The notes under the pieces: model-generated
Databases searched by the model: none
Seen by the model: the letters and a program-made list of their open reading frames with translations, nothing else
Told to the model about the DNA's origin: nothing
Shown here: piece after piece, positions 38,172-47,660 of the stretch
Position numbering within the stretch: position 1 is the first letter of the stretch
Layout of the letters: the number at the start of each line of letters is the position of its first letter
Position numbers and translations under genes: made by a program
Assembly (NCBI GenBank): GCA_963768175.1
Contig: CAVYGQ010000002.1
Location: forward strand, 80,284-144,283
Length of the DNA stretch: 64,000 bases
Direction of reading: 5' to 3'
Origin: Candidatus Doudnabacteria bacterium
Lineage (GTDB): Bacteria; Patescibacteriota; Doudnabacteria; UBA920

Positions 38172-39803
38172 ATGAAATGCGCAAAGTGTAACCGCAGGCT
38201 TGGTATAGGGGCTGAATTTTGCACCAACTGCGGCACGGCAGTCCCGCCGGCTCCCGCGGGGCAAAAGAAAAAAAGTTGGATTAATTTTTTTATTTGGCTG
38301 GGGATGATTGTTTTGCTGACGCCAACCTTATATTATTTCGCTACCCATGGCTCAAATGCGACACGCTACACCGCTCAAGAAAATTTATGGGGTTCGTTGG
38401 CAGTCGCCTTCCTTGCCGCCAGCTTACTTTATTTGATTTATCGCCTAATCTATCACCTGGTTAAATTCACCATCCGCCGGCCGGTGTGGGGCTCAATTCT
38501 TATTGTGATGTTTGTAGTGTGGCCGGCTGTGGGTGGTTTTTTCTATTTGCAAGGCGGTTATCTAAAAACTCAGTTTCAAACAGCGGTAGCCGGTATTCAG
38601 CAGCAATTAGACCAGACGGCAGATGCCAAACTGGCTGGGGATTTATTGGCGGCCAAAAAGCCGGTAGCAGGAATGACAATCGATAATGTTCAAAATCAGG
38701 CAGCACAAGCAGCCAAAAATCTGGCAGCGTTAAAAGTGCCGGATTCGCTGAAAAACTACCAGGCTGTGGCCATCATCTGGTCTTTGCAAGTTGCCAGTAC
38801 TCAGACTGCCGATTGGAAGGGTTTAACGAATCAACCTGCTGATTTTCCATTGGCACTAAACCAGGCCGATGCCAGCAGTACTTTTGCCGCCAGCTTGCAA
38901 ATTATTGATAATCTCAAAAAAGACGGGGCTGATGCCATTAGTAAAAAAGACCGTGTTGCCATGCGGACCGTGGCAGCCAAACTATTGATCCAAGAGCACT
39001 GGCTGAATGCTGTCCTGCATTCAAACACCAACAGCACCGCGCTTAACTTTGCCCTTCCGGCTTTTGCCGATACAGGCTTACAGCCGGTGCCGGACGTGAA
39101 AGGTGTAAATGTAACCTGCTCGGTCTGCGATTATCCGGATGCTTACAAAGTTCACTGGACGGATAGCTTAAGAAAGCTGTACGGCTGCGATACGGCGTGC
39201 CATCCTAAAATTAGAGTCTTACAGACAGGAGGAGGCGGGCAGCAGCAAGTGCAAACTCAGAATCAATCTCAAGCCAGCCAACCAACTGCAAACAATCCTG
39301 CTACTGACAATGAGCTACAATATGCGACTGCTTTAACATCGTATACCTACGCCAATGTGCCTACATATACGATATGCATGGGCTATAACGGCACCGCAAC
39401 CCGGACCAGCGGCACCAACGGCTACTGTTTGCAGGACGCTGTGCAATCCACCAATGAAATTGCCGCTTCGGCCATCGGCTTTTCGGAAAGCACGAAATCT
39501 TTGACAGTCAATCAATGGGATAACGAATATCAACAAATCGATTTAGCCCTGCAGCCGCCGGCCAACGAAACTGGCGCCGCGCCCAGCAAGCCCGCCATCA
39601 CGAACGGGCACACAGAAGGCGGCATGGGCACGGTTTCTAATGGATCCAAAGATAGACCGATACTAAATCCTAATTGCAATCCTTTTGAAGAAGATTGCGA
39701 TCCTTACAGTGCACCAATCAATAACACCCCTTCACCGGGTATAGATTGTGGCGATAACGCACCTCCCTCTGATATTCCTTGCAACCTTCGGCATCTTCCG
39801 TAG
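38172..39803 (+). CDS. membrane protein with an N-terminal zinc ribbon and a large extracytoplasmic domain
   Basis: CAKCNRRLGIGAEFCTNCG, then TM segments, then a roughly 400-aa Gln/Ala/Thr-rich domain. Confidence 0.4.
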   Translation: MKCAKCNRRLGIGAEFCTNCGTAVPPAPAGQKKKSWINFFIWLGMIVLLTPTLYYFATHGSNATRYTAQENLWGSLAVAFLAASLLYLIYRLIYHLVKFTIRRPVWGSILIVMFVVWPAVGGFFYLQGGYLKTQFQTAVAGIQQQLDQTADAKLAGDLLAAKKPVAGMTIDNVQNQAAQAAKNLAALKVPDSLKNYQAVAIIWSLQVASTQTADWKGLTNQPADFPLALNQADASSTFAASLQIIDNLKKDGADAISKKDRVAMRTVAAKLLIQEHWLNAVLHSNTNSTALNFALPAFADTGLQPVPDVKGVNVTCSVCDYPDAYKVHWTDSLRKLYGCDTACHPKIRVLQTGGGGQQQVQTQNQSQASQPTANNPATDNELQYATALTSYTYANVPTYTICMGYNGTATRTSGTNGYCLQDAVQSTNEIAASAIGFSESTKSLTVNQWDNEYQQIDLALQPPANETGAAPSKPAITNGHTEGGMGTVSNGSKDRPILNPNCNPFEEDCDPYSAPINNTPSPGIDCGDNAPPSDIPCNLRHLP

Positions 39804-39954
39804 AAAAATAGCCAAATAAATTTTCAAGATGTTTTTTAGCAATTGAAATCCGGAAAACCATCGGTTCCAGATTTTTGCTTACCCGCGTGGAATTTAAATC
39901 AAAATCAAATATAAAAATCGTCGGCGGCTGAGCAGTTCAGCCGCCGTCTGGGCA

Positions 39955-40290
39955 CTACGCATGGTTATTCCAGTCACTGGAGTCGTAACTTGGTGATCGC
40001 CCGCTTGAAGTACCTCCTATCGCCACGCCTTTGTGATATGTTGTCCCGCCTCCGCTGGAACCACCAGTACTCTTTTTGTCCTCTTTGCCACAAAAAGGCA
40101 GGAAAAGGAGTGCAAATGGCAGCGCGAGGATTCGGCTGACAAGCGGAGTGATGGCGAAAAGCCCGGCTATTACCAAGTACCCCAGGAAGGTGTACTTGCC
40201 AGTGATCGCCAGCACCAAAATGCTCAGTAGGTACAGCCAGTGCGAGAAACATTGGGCTTTCCGATAAACTTTGCGTAACCTTTGGTTCAT
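39955..40290 (-). CDS. hypothetical membrane protein (the only minus-strand gene in the array)
   Basis: 111 aa, two TM segments, Gly/Ser-rich tail. Confidence 0.4.
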   Translation of the reverse strand: MNQRLRKVYRKAQCFSHWLYLLSILVLAITGKYTFLGYLVIAGLFAITPLVSRILALPFALLFLPFCGKEDKKSTGGSSGGGTTYHKGVAIGGTSSGRSPSYDSSDWNNHA

Positions 40291-40469
40291 AAATCCCTCC
40301 TCTTTGGGATTGTAATATTATACTCCTTTGCTCTTACCTGTAAAGAAGGAAATATAAGCAAGCCCTTATTTATATGTTTAAAAAATCGTTCAAAATTCCC
40401 ATGACCCAAGTGTCTAGCGCAAGGCTCCAAAAAACCCCGGGGATTTGTCCAAAGGGGCGACCGCAATCC

Positions 40470-40592
40470 AGCCGCTGAGCCAACAAAAATCACTCTTGAG
40501 TAAGGGTGGTTTTTTGTAGGGAACGTAGATGGTTAGAACTTTAAAATATTGCCAGACACTTGACAGACATATCTTATATGATATACTATAAT
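40470..40592 (+). repeat. array repeat R4 carrying the toxin-gene promoter
   Basis: GAGCCAACAAAAATCACTCTTGAGTAAGGGTGGTTTTTTGTAGGGAACGTAGATGGTTAGAAC, then TTGACA-16-TATACT. Confidence 0.8.
40559..40592 (+). promoter_or_regulatory. sigma-70-like promoter for the toxin-antitoxin operon
   Basis: TTGACA (40559-40564), 16-nt spacer, TATACT/TATAAT. Confidence 0.5.
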
Positions 40593-40601
40593 AAAAGCCT
40601 T

Positions 40602-40967
40602 ATGGACGAGTATAAAGTTAAATTTTTTTCCGACCCTGTAACCGGCAAAATTCCCGTCCGTCAATATTTAGATAATCTATCGGACAAGGAACGGGCGAAG
40701 GTTTTAAAGTATATTGAATTTTTGAGGCAGTACAAAGGCGTGTTGGATGAGCCATATACCAAGCATATTCGCGACAAGATTAGGGAATTACGCATAGATT
40801 TCAGTACTAATAGGCACCGTATTTTCTTTTTTACTTTTGTCGGGAAAAACATTATCCTGCTTCATGCTTTTCTTAAGAAGACCTCTAAAACTCCAGGGTC
40901 AGAAATCAGCAAAGCCCTAAGCAATTATCATAAAGTTATCAATAACCCAAAAACCTATGAAAACTAG
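40602..40967 (+). CDS. RelE/ParE-superfamily toxin (HigB / phage Gp49-like)
   Basis: About 121 aa from the Met at 40602; RIFFFTFVGKNIILLHAFLKKTSKTP core; toxin upstream of an HTH antitoxin as in HigBA. Confidence 0.6.
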   Translation: MDEYKVKFFSDPVTGKIPVRQYLDNLSDKERAKVLKYIEFLRQYKGVLDEPYTKHIRDKIRELRIDFSTNRHRIFFFTFVGKNIILLHAFLKKTSKTPGSEISKALSNYHKVINNPKTYEN

Positions 40968-41256
40968 CAAAAACCTTAAAAACAATATTAGTTTCCAGTC
41001 TTACCTAAACAACCAGCTCAAAAATCCGCAGATAAAGAAACGTTATGACCAAGTTGGTAAGCAGCTAGAAGTGGCCTATCAAATTGTCCAATTGCGGAAG
41101 ATGCGCGGCATATCCCAATTGGAGCTGGCAAAAAGACTGGGTACAACTCAAAGCAACATTGCTCGGATTGAAGCCGGACAACAAAATTTTACCACTTTAA
41201 CCTTGCAAAAAATCGCAAAAATATTCAAGCGCGATTTGAACATTGAGTTTGTTTAG
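40957..41256 (+). CDS. XRE-family HTH antitoxin (HigA-like)
   Basis: LRKMRGISQLELAKRLGTTQSNIARIEAG; overlaps the toxin gene by 11 nt. Confidence 0.7.
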   Translation: MKTSKNLKNNISFQSYLNNQLKNPQIKKRYDQVGKQLEVAYQIVQLRKMRGISQLELAKRLGTTQSNIARIEAGQQNFTTLTLQKIAKIFKRDLNIEFV

Positions 41257-41261
41257 AAAAT

Positions 41262-41430
41262 AACCAACCTAAATCCGTCCCTGTGTGAGGTCAGGAATAT
41301 AGATATTCCCTTGAAATTCAACTATCTTGGTTCTAACGTTCTTCACAGTGCCGAGCCAACTAAAATCCCCCAAATCCTTGGGGGGTTTTAGTATACGAAC
41401 TAGACGCTCGGAACCGAAAGGGCGTATAAT
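41262..41430 (+). repeat. array repeat R5
   Basis: CTAAATCCGTCCCTGTGTGAGGTCAGGAAT ... GGTTCTAACGTTCTTCACAGTGCCGAGCCAAC, hairpin CCCCCAA/TTGGGGGG, ... GGCGTATAAT. Confidence 0.85.
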
Positions 41431-41475
41431 AAAAATACGCAAAGGTCGTTAACAAAAATCTAATTGAAATAAAAT

Positions 41476-41634
41476 ATGGTAAAAGGAAATTTTATTGGTG
41501 CGGCGATTGTCGCAATAATCTACACGGTCTATATTGCATGGAAGCCTCTTCCAACGCGCTTACAAACAGCTTTAGTATTAGTGGTTCTCAATGCGTTAAC
41601 CATTGTGTTGTTGTCTTTCGCATTCAAAAGATAA
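41476..41634 (+). CDS. small membrane protein (52 aa), copy 2
   Basis: MVKGNFIGAAIVAIIYTVYIAWKPLPTRLQTALVLVVLNALTIVLLSFAFKR. Confidence 0.45.
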   Translation: MVKGNFIGAAIVAIIYTVYIAWKPLPTRLQTALVLVVLNALTIVLLSFAFKR

Positions 41635-41647
41635 AAAAATCTTCAAT

Positions 41648-41944
41648 ATGTGGCAATTATATACATTTAGCTTTTTAGCAGGTCTGTTTGCGGCAAACGG
41701 AACCCCGCATTTTATTAAGGGTGTCATGGGACAAAAGCATCAAACCCCATTCGGCAAGCCTTCGTCGGCCGTAGTTAATGTCTGCTGGGGTTGGATTAAC
41801 TTTGTTGTAGCCGTTATTTTTTTTCACTTCGGCCATGTGCACACTCATGAGAATAGAGCATTTGCGATGTTGGCCGTAGGAGCACTACTGATGAGCTTGC
41901 TTTTGGCTACGGTCTGGTCAAAGCATCCAGAATATAATAAGTGA
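41648..41944 (+). CDS. hypothetical membrane protein
   Basis: 98 aa from the Met at 41648; three TM segments. Confidence 0.4.
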   Translation: MWQLYTFSFLAGLFAANGTPHFIKGVMGQKHQTPFGKPSSAVVNVCWGWINFVVAVIFFHFGHVHTHENRAFAMLAVGALLMSLLLATVWSKHPEYNK

Positions 41945-41969
41945 CTTTGTCTCTTAACCATAGACGGTT

Positions 41970-42548
41970 TTGTATAATGATCCCATGTACGACTACGGCT
42001 ATGTCATCATCGCAAGTTGGTTGGTCCTTATGGCGGTGTGGGTGCTAGGCGCCTTTACCGCCAAACGCGACGTTTCAAGCAGCAGAAGCTCTGTTCTTTG
42101 GCTCTGGCGGCTCCTTTTGTTGGGGCTCTTGATTTTTGCTCTGCGAAATCCGTATGACGATGCGTCCGTCCTAAAGCGAGCATTCTTTAATTTTGGCCCC
42201 GCACTCAACTGGGTTGGCGCATTTTTAACCGTTATCGGAATCACGTTTGCGATCTGGGCGCGGTACCGCTTGGGACGCAACTGGGGCTCACGTCAGAAAG
42301 AAGATCCCGTGTTGGTGACCAGCGGCCCCTACGCATATGTCCGCCATCCGATTTATACCGGCGCTACTTTCGCGCTTTTCGGCAGTGCATTGACCGGAAG
42401 CATTGTGGCCGTTGTGCTGTTTATTATAAGCATTATCTTTTGTCTGCGCCGCATCGACAAAGAAGAGCGCGTGATGCTCAGCCTTTTCCCCGGGCAATAT
42501 CCGGCCTATCAAGCGCGTACCAAGCGGCTCATACCGCTCGTGTGGTAA
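41970..42548 (+). CDS. isoprenylcysteine carboxyl methyltransferase (ICMT) family membrane methyltransferase
   Basis: YAYVRHPIYTGATFALFG (RHPxY..G) and C-terminal EERVMLSLFPGQYPAY motifs. Confidence 0.75.
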   Translation: MYNDPMYDYGYVIIASWLVLMAVWVLGAFTAKRDVSSSRSSVLWLWRLLLLGLLIFALRNPYDDASVLKRAFFNFGPALNWVGAFLTVIGITFAIWARYRLGRNWGSRQKEDPVLVTSGPYAYVRHPIYTGATFALFGSALTGSIVAVVLFIISIIFCLRRIDKEERVMLSLFPGQYPAYQARTKRLIPLVW

Positions 42549-42569
42549 TCATACCGGACGGAGCGCTTC

Positions 42570-42826
42570 TTCTTTATGCGCAATAAATATCCAGCCGTTC
42601 TCCACAAACCATGTTCTAACCCCGACGCAAGGTCGGGGCAAGCAGCGTCCGCAGCATTGAGCCATTCGACCCATTCGGCTTTCGCTCAGGGTCGCCCCGA
42701 GGGAACTCGAGGGGCGACAAGCTCATGGCCTGCGGCCAACAAAAGTCGCCCATATTTGTGGGCGATTTTTGTATAGGGAAGTGGGACGATTAGAACTGAA
42801 AAGGTATTTTTGAGTGTGATATAATT
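42570..42826 (+). repeat. array repeat R6 (extended)
   Basis: TTATGCGCAATAAATATCCAGCC ... GTTCTAACCCCGACG ... 59-bp block GAGCCATTCG...GAGGGGCGA ... GGCCAACAAAA, hairpin GTCGCCCA/TGGGCGAT, GTATAGGGAAGTGGGACGATTAGAAC ... TATAAT. Confidence 0.85.
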
Positions 42827-42836
42827 AAGTTACCTT

Positions 42837-43718
42837 ATGAAAATAAAAGGAATCGAAAAATTCAGAGAAAAAGTTCCAATGCTACGAGGCAAGAAGTTAT
42901 TTTTGTTGCCTTTGTACGCATTTTCTGTCTTGTCTCTTAGCCTTTTGGTGCTGATAGGATTTGATTCACTACCGGGTATGGCTAAGCTAAACGGCATCAA
43001 TTCTATTTTATTTTCCCTGTTTCCTCTCATTGGAGAAGTAATTATCTGTACTGTTGGACTCATTCTGGTTTACCAGATGTGGTTTCGGAAAAATCGGCTA
43101 AAAGCCAAATATGGTCCGCTCTCTTATCAACATATCTTCCTTGTGGGCTTTGCCGGTGTTTCTTGCTTGCTCTCTTTATCAATTAATCTGTTTGTTCATT
43201 ATTGGTCGTTCTCGTCATTATTTTGGATAAATTCACCGCTTAAATTTCTCACAATTCCGCTAGAAGAATATTTTTACACTTTAGGAGTAATGATATTTTG
43301 GGTAAAAATAGCTCTTTCAGTTTTTTTCTCGATTTTGGGGATTGCGATGATGCTTCGGGCTCTACAAACATTCGGATTTGATTATATGACAGTGCTTTAT
43401 CTTTATTTTCCCGAAGAAAGCAAAATACAGAATCACAAAATTTATTCTACTCTTAGGCACCCTACGTACGCAGGGGCTCTGCTAATAGGTTTAGGCGGGA
43501 TGTTCTCCACGCTTACCTTATATTCGGTCATCTTTTTTGTTGTTTACCTATTAGCTTTTTATATTCACATACATTTCGTAGAAGAGAAAGAACTTATTGT
43601 GCGGTTCGGGCCATCGTATCAAGAATACATGAATAAAGTACCAGCCTTTTTTGTCAATCTCAATAAACTGGGAGTTCTTTTGGGTTTCCTGCTAGGAAGG
43701 TCTGATAACAATTTTTAA
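42837..43718 (+). CDS. polytopic membrane protein with a C-terminal ICMT-like (RHPxY) domain
   Basis: YSTLRHPTYAGALLIGLGG and EEKELIVRFGPSYQEYMNKVPAF. Confidence 0.55.
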   Translation: MKIKGIEKFREKVPMLRGKKLFLLPLYAFSVLSLSLLVLIGFDSLPGMAKLNGINSILFSLFPLIGEVIICTVGLILVYQMWFRKNRLKAKYGPLSYQHIFLVGFAGVSCLLSLSINLFVHYWSFSSLFWINSPLKFLTIPLEEYFYTLGVMIFWVKIALSVFFSILGIAMMLRALQTFGFDYMTVLYLYFPEESKIQNHKIYSTLRHPTYAGALLIGLGGMFSTLTLYSVIFFVVYLLAFYIHIHFVEEKELIVRFGPSYQEYMNKVPAFFVNLNKLGVLLGFLLGRSDNNF

Positions 43719-43724
43719 CATCGT

Positions 43725-43905
43725 TCCGTAGGATTTATATCGGGGATATAAATCTCTCCGGTTTCCGTAATTTTGGTTCTAACGTTATCTACGATGCCGA
43801 GCCATTCGACCCATTCGGCTTTCGCTCAGGGTCGCCCCGAGGGAACTCGAGGGGCGATTTTTATATAGGGAGGTGTAAAGGTTAGAACTGAAAATGGTGT
43901 ATAAT
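43725..43905 (+). repeat. array repeat R7
   Basis: GGTTCTAACGTTATCTACGATGCCGAGCCATTCG ... identical 59-bp block ... ATATAGGGAGGTGTAAAGGTTAGAACTGAAAATGGTGTATAAT. Confidence 0.85.
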
Positions 43906-43949
43906 GATTAAAAGGTCGGCTTTGTTTAATTACTATTTAATATAAACAA

Positions 43950-44330
43950 ATGAACGCCTCAATTACTATTGTTCAGTTTTTAGGAATTCTTTTCGCCGGT
44001 ATAGGTATATCAGTTGTTATTGACAAAAAGAACATATCTGCCGCCATTAGAGAGATAACTAAAAATCAAGGTACGTTATGGATGTGGGGTTTTCTTACCT
44101 TAACCATTGGCGCTGTCTTTCTTGTGCTGAATCACACTTGGACACCCCGTTTACCATTAGTCGTGACCATCGTTGGCTGGCTAACTTTGATAAAGGGGCT
44201 TTATATTCTCATCTTCCCAAACTCCGCCGTTTCAATGTACGAAAAGTGCAATAAAGACAGCATATTTATTCCTTGCGGAATCATTGCTTTCATTTTAGGC
44301 TTAGTTTTGCTTTACCTGGGATTTATGTAA
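43950..44330 (+). CDS. membrane protein (126 aa), paralog A
   Basis: Four TM segments; same length and topology as 47661-48041. Confidence 0.45.
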   Translation: MNASITIVQFLGILFAGIGISVVIDKKNISAAIREITKNQGTLWMWGFLTLTIGAVFLVLNHTWTPRLPLVVTIVGWLTLIKGLYILIFPNSAVSMYEKCNKDSIFIPCGIIAFILGLVLLYLGFM

Positions 44331-44339
44331 TACTGCGCG

Positions 44340-44423
44340 GCGGTCGTTGTCAATGATGGTGAGCCAACAAAATCCTCAATGTTTATTGAGGATTTTTGTA
44401 TAGGGAGGTGGGATGGTAGAACC
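44340..44423 (+). repeat. array repeat R8
   Basis: GAGCCAACAAAATCCTCAATGTTTATTGAGGATTTTTGTATAGGGAGGTGGGATGGTAGAACC. Confidence 0.85.
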
Positions 44424-44538
44424 TAAAACGATGGCAAGTGGCGGGTTGGTATAAAAATTGCTATTATAGAAACGAGGGATTAATCAAAATAAACGCGCAA
44501 CTCTTAAAGGTACGAGGATGAACCACTAAAATTATATT

Positions 44539-44928
44539 ATGGCGTATCAGAATAAAAAAATCCTGGTGGTGGAAGACGATGATTTGCTCAGAAGAATCAT
44601 CACCAATCAGTTATCCGCAAACTATACAATTATATCCGCCGCTGATGGCGAGGAAGCCCTGCAACAGACAGAAAGCCAAAGGCCGGACATTATAGTCTTG
44701 GATTTGCTGTTGCCTAAGTTGGATGGCTTTGGTTTTTTGGAGAAATTGCGGAATTCTCCCGACCCAGTATTAGCAAAAACAGTGGTCTTGGTGGTCAGCA
44801 ATTTATCAGATCCCAAAAATATAGAGAGGGCAAGCCAATACAAGGTGTTAGAGTATTATATTAAATCAGATCTTCAACTTGGCATTTTACTAAATAGGGT
44901 TAACCGATATTTTGCCCAAGGCACATAA
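44539..44928 (+). CDS. stand-alone response-regulator receiver (CheY-like) domain protein
   Basis: KILVVEDDDLLRR ... DIIVLDLLLPKLDG ... VVLVVSNLSD. Confidence 0.85.
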   Translation: MAYQNKKILVVEDDDLLRRIITNQLSANYTIISAADGEEALQQTESQRPDIIVLDLLLPKLDGFGFLEKLRNSPDPVLAKTVVLVVSNLSDPKNIERASQYKVLEYYIKSDLQLGILLNRVNRYFAQGT

Positions 44929-45125
44929 ATAGCCAAAAGCGCTTCTTCTTTTTTATGCGCAATAAATATCCGGCCATTCTTCATAAGCTACATTTAAATA
45001 GCGTCCGCAGCGTTGAGCTAAAAACCCCATTGAAAGATAGTGTTTTTTGTTATCATATAAATAAAAAAATTTGATTGATTTTTTGACGCATTATTAAATA
45101 TGTATTAAAATTATATTGCAATAAT

Positions 45126-46091
45126 ATGTTGCGAGACCCGGTAAAAAAAGCCGGTTTTAGCTATCCACTGCCAGTCAGCGTCGGTTTAGCGCTGCTGTTT
45201 TTATTTGTAATCTTAATCCCCAAATCTTTTGCTGGCATTAGCGATTGCTCGGCCGGCTACGAATTCCAGCGGATGAGCGGGGTAGGTTGCGTACAAAAAA
45301 ATTGCGCTTTGGTTCCCAATGCCCATTATAGTTACGAAGGGTATTGCATTTGCGGCTCGGCAGGCAGTATTAATGAAAATCCAAACGACCCAAATAAAAG
45401 ATGCACCTTACCTCACGATAATGCGGCTTGTCCCGATTGCGTTTATGCTTGTGTCCACAATAATGAAGACTGCCCAAGCCAAAAGCCTGCCGGGCAACAG
45501 TCAACAACCCAACCGTCGGCTCAGGAACAGGAAAGGATAATAAACGCGCTTAGCCAGTCTCCGTTCGGCAGCCCGAATAAAACCAAAGTAGTGACAGCCG
45601 GCATCAGTTGGGAAGCAATAACAAGCATTGTTAAAAGGGGGTTTGGGGCAATTATGGCCGGAACGGGATGGGTGCTGGACAAAACTACCGGCTACCAAAT
45701 TATACAAGATAAGGGGAATACGGATTCCGGTTGGGCGGGAATGGTGGTTGCTCCCAATGGAGATTATGTGAATGTCAAGATATTTGAAGGCAGGCTGGAA
45801 TTAAGCTGGGAAAAAGGCGTAGCCGCCGAATTTAATCTTATTTCCGTAAAAGGCCGGCCAGGCAGCCATAGTTTTATTGACGGATTTTCCATCGGTATTG
45901 GGCCGGGGGCGGTGAATAAAGACGAAGGCGATCATGAAATTCCGGGCACTCCTATTTCGCCCAATATTAATTTTGGGAATATCAGAGATTATTTCGGTGA
46001 AAAATGGGACAGCGTAAAAAATTGGTGGCACGAAAATGCCCCCTGGCCTCTGGGCGGGGTTAATACACCTAACATTGGCGGTGGGCAATAA
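45126..46091 (+). CDS. secreted Cys-rich protein, function unknown
   Basis: N-terminal signal/TM segment; about 14 Cys within the first 110 residues. Confidence 0.4.
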   Translation: MLRDPVKKAGFSYPLPVSVGLALLFLFVILIPKSFAGISDCSAGYEFQRMSGVGCVQKNCALVPNAHYSYEGYCICGSAGSINENPNDPNKRCTLPHDNAACPDCVYACVHNNEDCPSQKPAGQQSTTQPSAQEQERIINALSQSPFGSPNKTKVVTAGISWEAITSIVKRGFGAIMAGTGWVLDKTTGYQIIQDKGNTDSGWAGMVVAPNGDYVNVKIFEGRLELSWEKGVAAEFNLISVKGRPGSHSFIDGFSIGIGPGAVNKDEGDHEIPGTPISPNINFGNIRDYFGEKWDSVKNWWHENAPWPLGGVNTPNIGGGQ

Positions 46092-46097
46092 AAAATT

Positions 46098-46517
46098 ATG
46101 CCTTATATTATTTTCTTGCTAATTTATTTACTGGCAGCCTATCTAGTTTTTCTTATTGCTAAAAAACTAAACGACAAATTAGCCGTCTTTGCCTGGTTCC
46201 CGTTTCTAAGCGACTACTTAATTACCCGTTTGGCGCGCAAACCAGCTTATTGGTGGATTTTAATGTACATCCCGATACTGAATATTTATTATGACTATGT
46301 TCTTTGGCGGGAAATTTTTAAAAGATTTAATCGTAATTCTTTATATGCGGTTTTAATGTTGATACCAGTAATTAATTGGGTAGGCTTATTGCTGCTTGCC
46401 TGTGTTTTTAAGAATACAGAAGTTAAGGCAGTACCAATAGAAGAAAAGAAAGGGGAAGAGAAAAAAGCAGAGGAAAAAAAAGATGAAAAAATGGAGATGC
46501 CAGAGGGAAAAAATTGA
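46098..46517 (+). CDS. membrane protein with a Lys/Glu-rich C-terminus
   Basis: 139 aa, three TM segments, EEKKGEEKKAEEKKDEK tail. Confidence 0.4.
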   Translation: MPYIIFLLIYLLAAYLVFLIAKKLNDKLAVFAWFPFLSDYLITRLARKPAYWWILMYIPILNIYYDYVLWREIFKRFNRNSLYAVLMLIPVINWVGLLLLACVFKNTEVKAVPIEEKKGEEKKAEEKKDEKMEMPEGKN

Positions 46518-46619
46518 AATGAAGCAGCAAATTTCCTAGAACTCTCGGTAAATAACCACAGATTTTTTTATCCATGTTAAAAAGGGGCAAGCGTCAACCT
46601 TGGCTTTGCCTTGGACAAA

Positions 46620-46714
46620 ACGGGTCGTTCAGCAGCCATAGCCAACAAAAGTCGCCCATATTTGTGGGCGATTTTTGTATCTTACTATGCGGTTTTGAGC
46701 TTGTTTGATATAAT
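46620..46714 (+). repeat. array repeat R9
   Basis: AGCCAACAAAAGTCGCCCATATTTGTGGGCGATTTTTGTAT (hairpin identical to R6) ... GATATAAT. Confidence 0.75.
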
Positions 46715-46755
46715 TATAGTGCTATAAAATAATAAGTTTTTAAGGAAACAAAAAT

Positions 46756-46971
46756 ATGAAATCGATAAAAGGATTGGAAAAGCATCGCTGGTTTATTTGG
46801 ACCATAGTTGGCATAATGGTAATTTTAGGCGGTTTAACCATTTATGTTTACTATGTCGTGCAAACGAATGACTGGGGGACTTCGGGAACTATGATCCGTC
46901 AAGGGCTGAAAACACAAAAACTTCAGCGCATGCTAAAAAATTCTCAAACTTCCCATTTGAAACAATACTGA
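46756..46971 (+). CDS. small membrane protein
   Basis: 71 aa, one TM segment. Confidence 0.3.
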   Translation: MKSIKGLEKHRWFIWTIVGIMVILGGLTIYVYYVVQTNDWGTSGTMIRQGLKTQKLQRMLKNSQTSHLKQY

Positions 46972-47111
46972 AGCCGGGGATCGAAGTTGATTTTAAGGTC
47001 AATGTGCGGGCGGGAATAAAAATTAAAACTATTTTATTTCATTTATTTGCAGTTCAATTACTTATAGTTTGCGGCTGAGTTTTTGTTTTAATTTAATTAT
47101 TTTTTAATGAA

Positions 47112-47615
47112 ATGAGGAAGCAAAACCACAAAGGTTTTACCTTAATTGAGTTGTTAGTAGTAATTGCCATTATCGGTCTTTTGGCGTCGGTAGTTCTGTT
47201 GGCGTTAAATGGCGCGCGGGCCAAAGCCAGGGACGCAAAAAGAGTCGCGGATATGAACCAGCTGCTTAAAGCTTTTGAATTATATTATAATGATTATAAC
47301 AGCTATCCCACCACCACACCATCGGGCAGTTTAAGCAGCAGCAGCATTCCTTCCTTAATGGTGCCAAATTATATGAGCACCATGCCCAAGACGGTAAACC
47401 CTGCCGACGGCAATTGTAGCAGTACGGCAAACGTTAACGGGTCCAACGATTATTATATGTACGCCAACAGCAATGGTACGGCACAGCAGGCCGTAACCAG
47501 CACCTACATAATAACTTTTTGTTTGGGCAGTCAGGTTGGAGCCTGGGGCCGGGTTCCCATACACTTACATCAGGCGGATTTCAGTAAATGGGCAATCGGA
47601 CCTGAAAGCGTATAA
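47112..47615 (+). CDS. type IV pilin / pseudopilin (prepilin-type N-terminal cleavage/methylation domain)
   Basis: KGFTLIELLVVIAIIGLLASVVL class III signal peptide. Confidence 0.8.
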   Translation: MRKQNHKGFTLIELLVVIAIIGLLASVVLLALNGARAKARDAKRVADMNQLLKAFELYYNDYNSYPTTTPSGSLSSSSIPSLMVPNYMSTMPKTVNPADGNCSSTANVNGSNDYYMYANSNGTAQQAVTSTYIITFCLGSQVGAWGRVPIHLHQADFSKWAIGPESV

Positions 47616-47660
47616 TTTTATTGATAAAAAAGGTCGAGGAAACAAAAGGACACAATTTTT

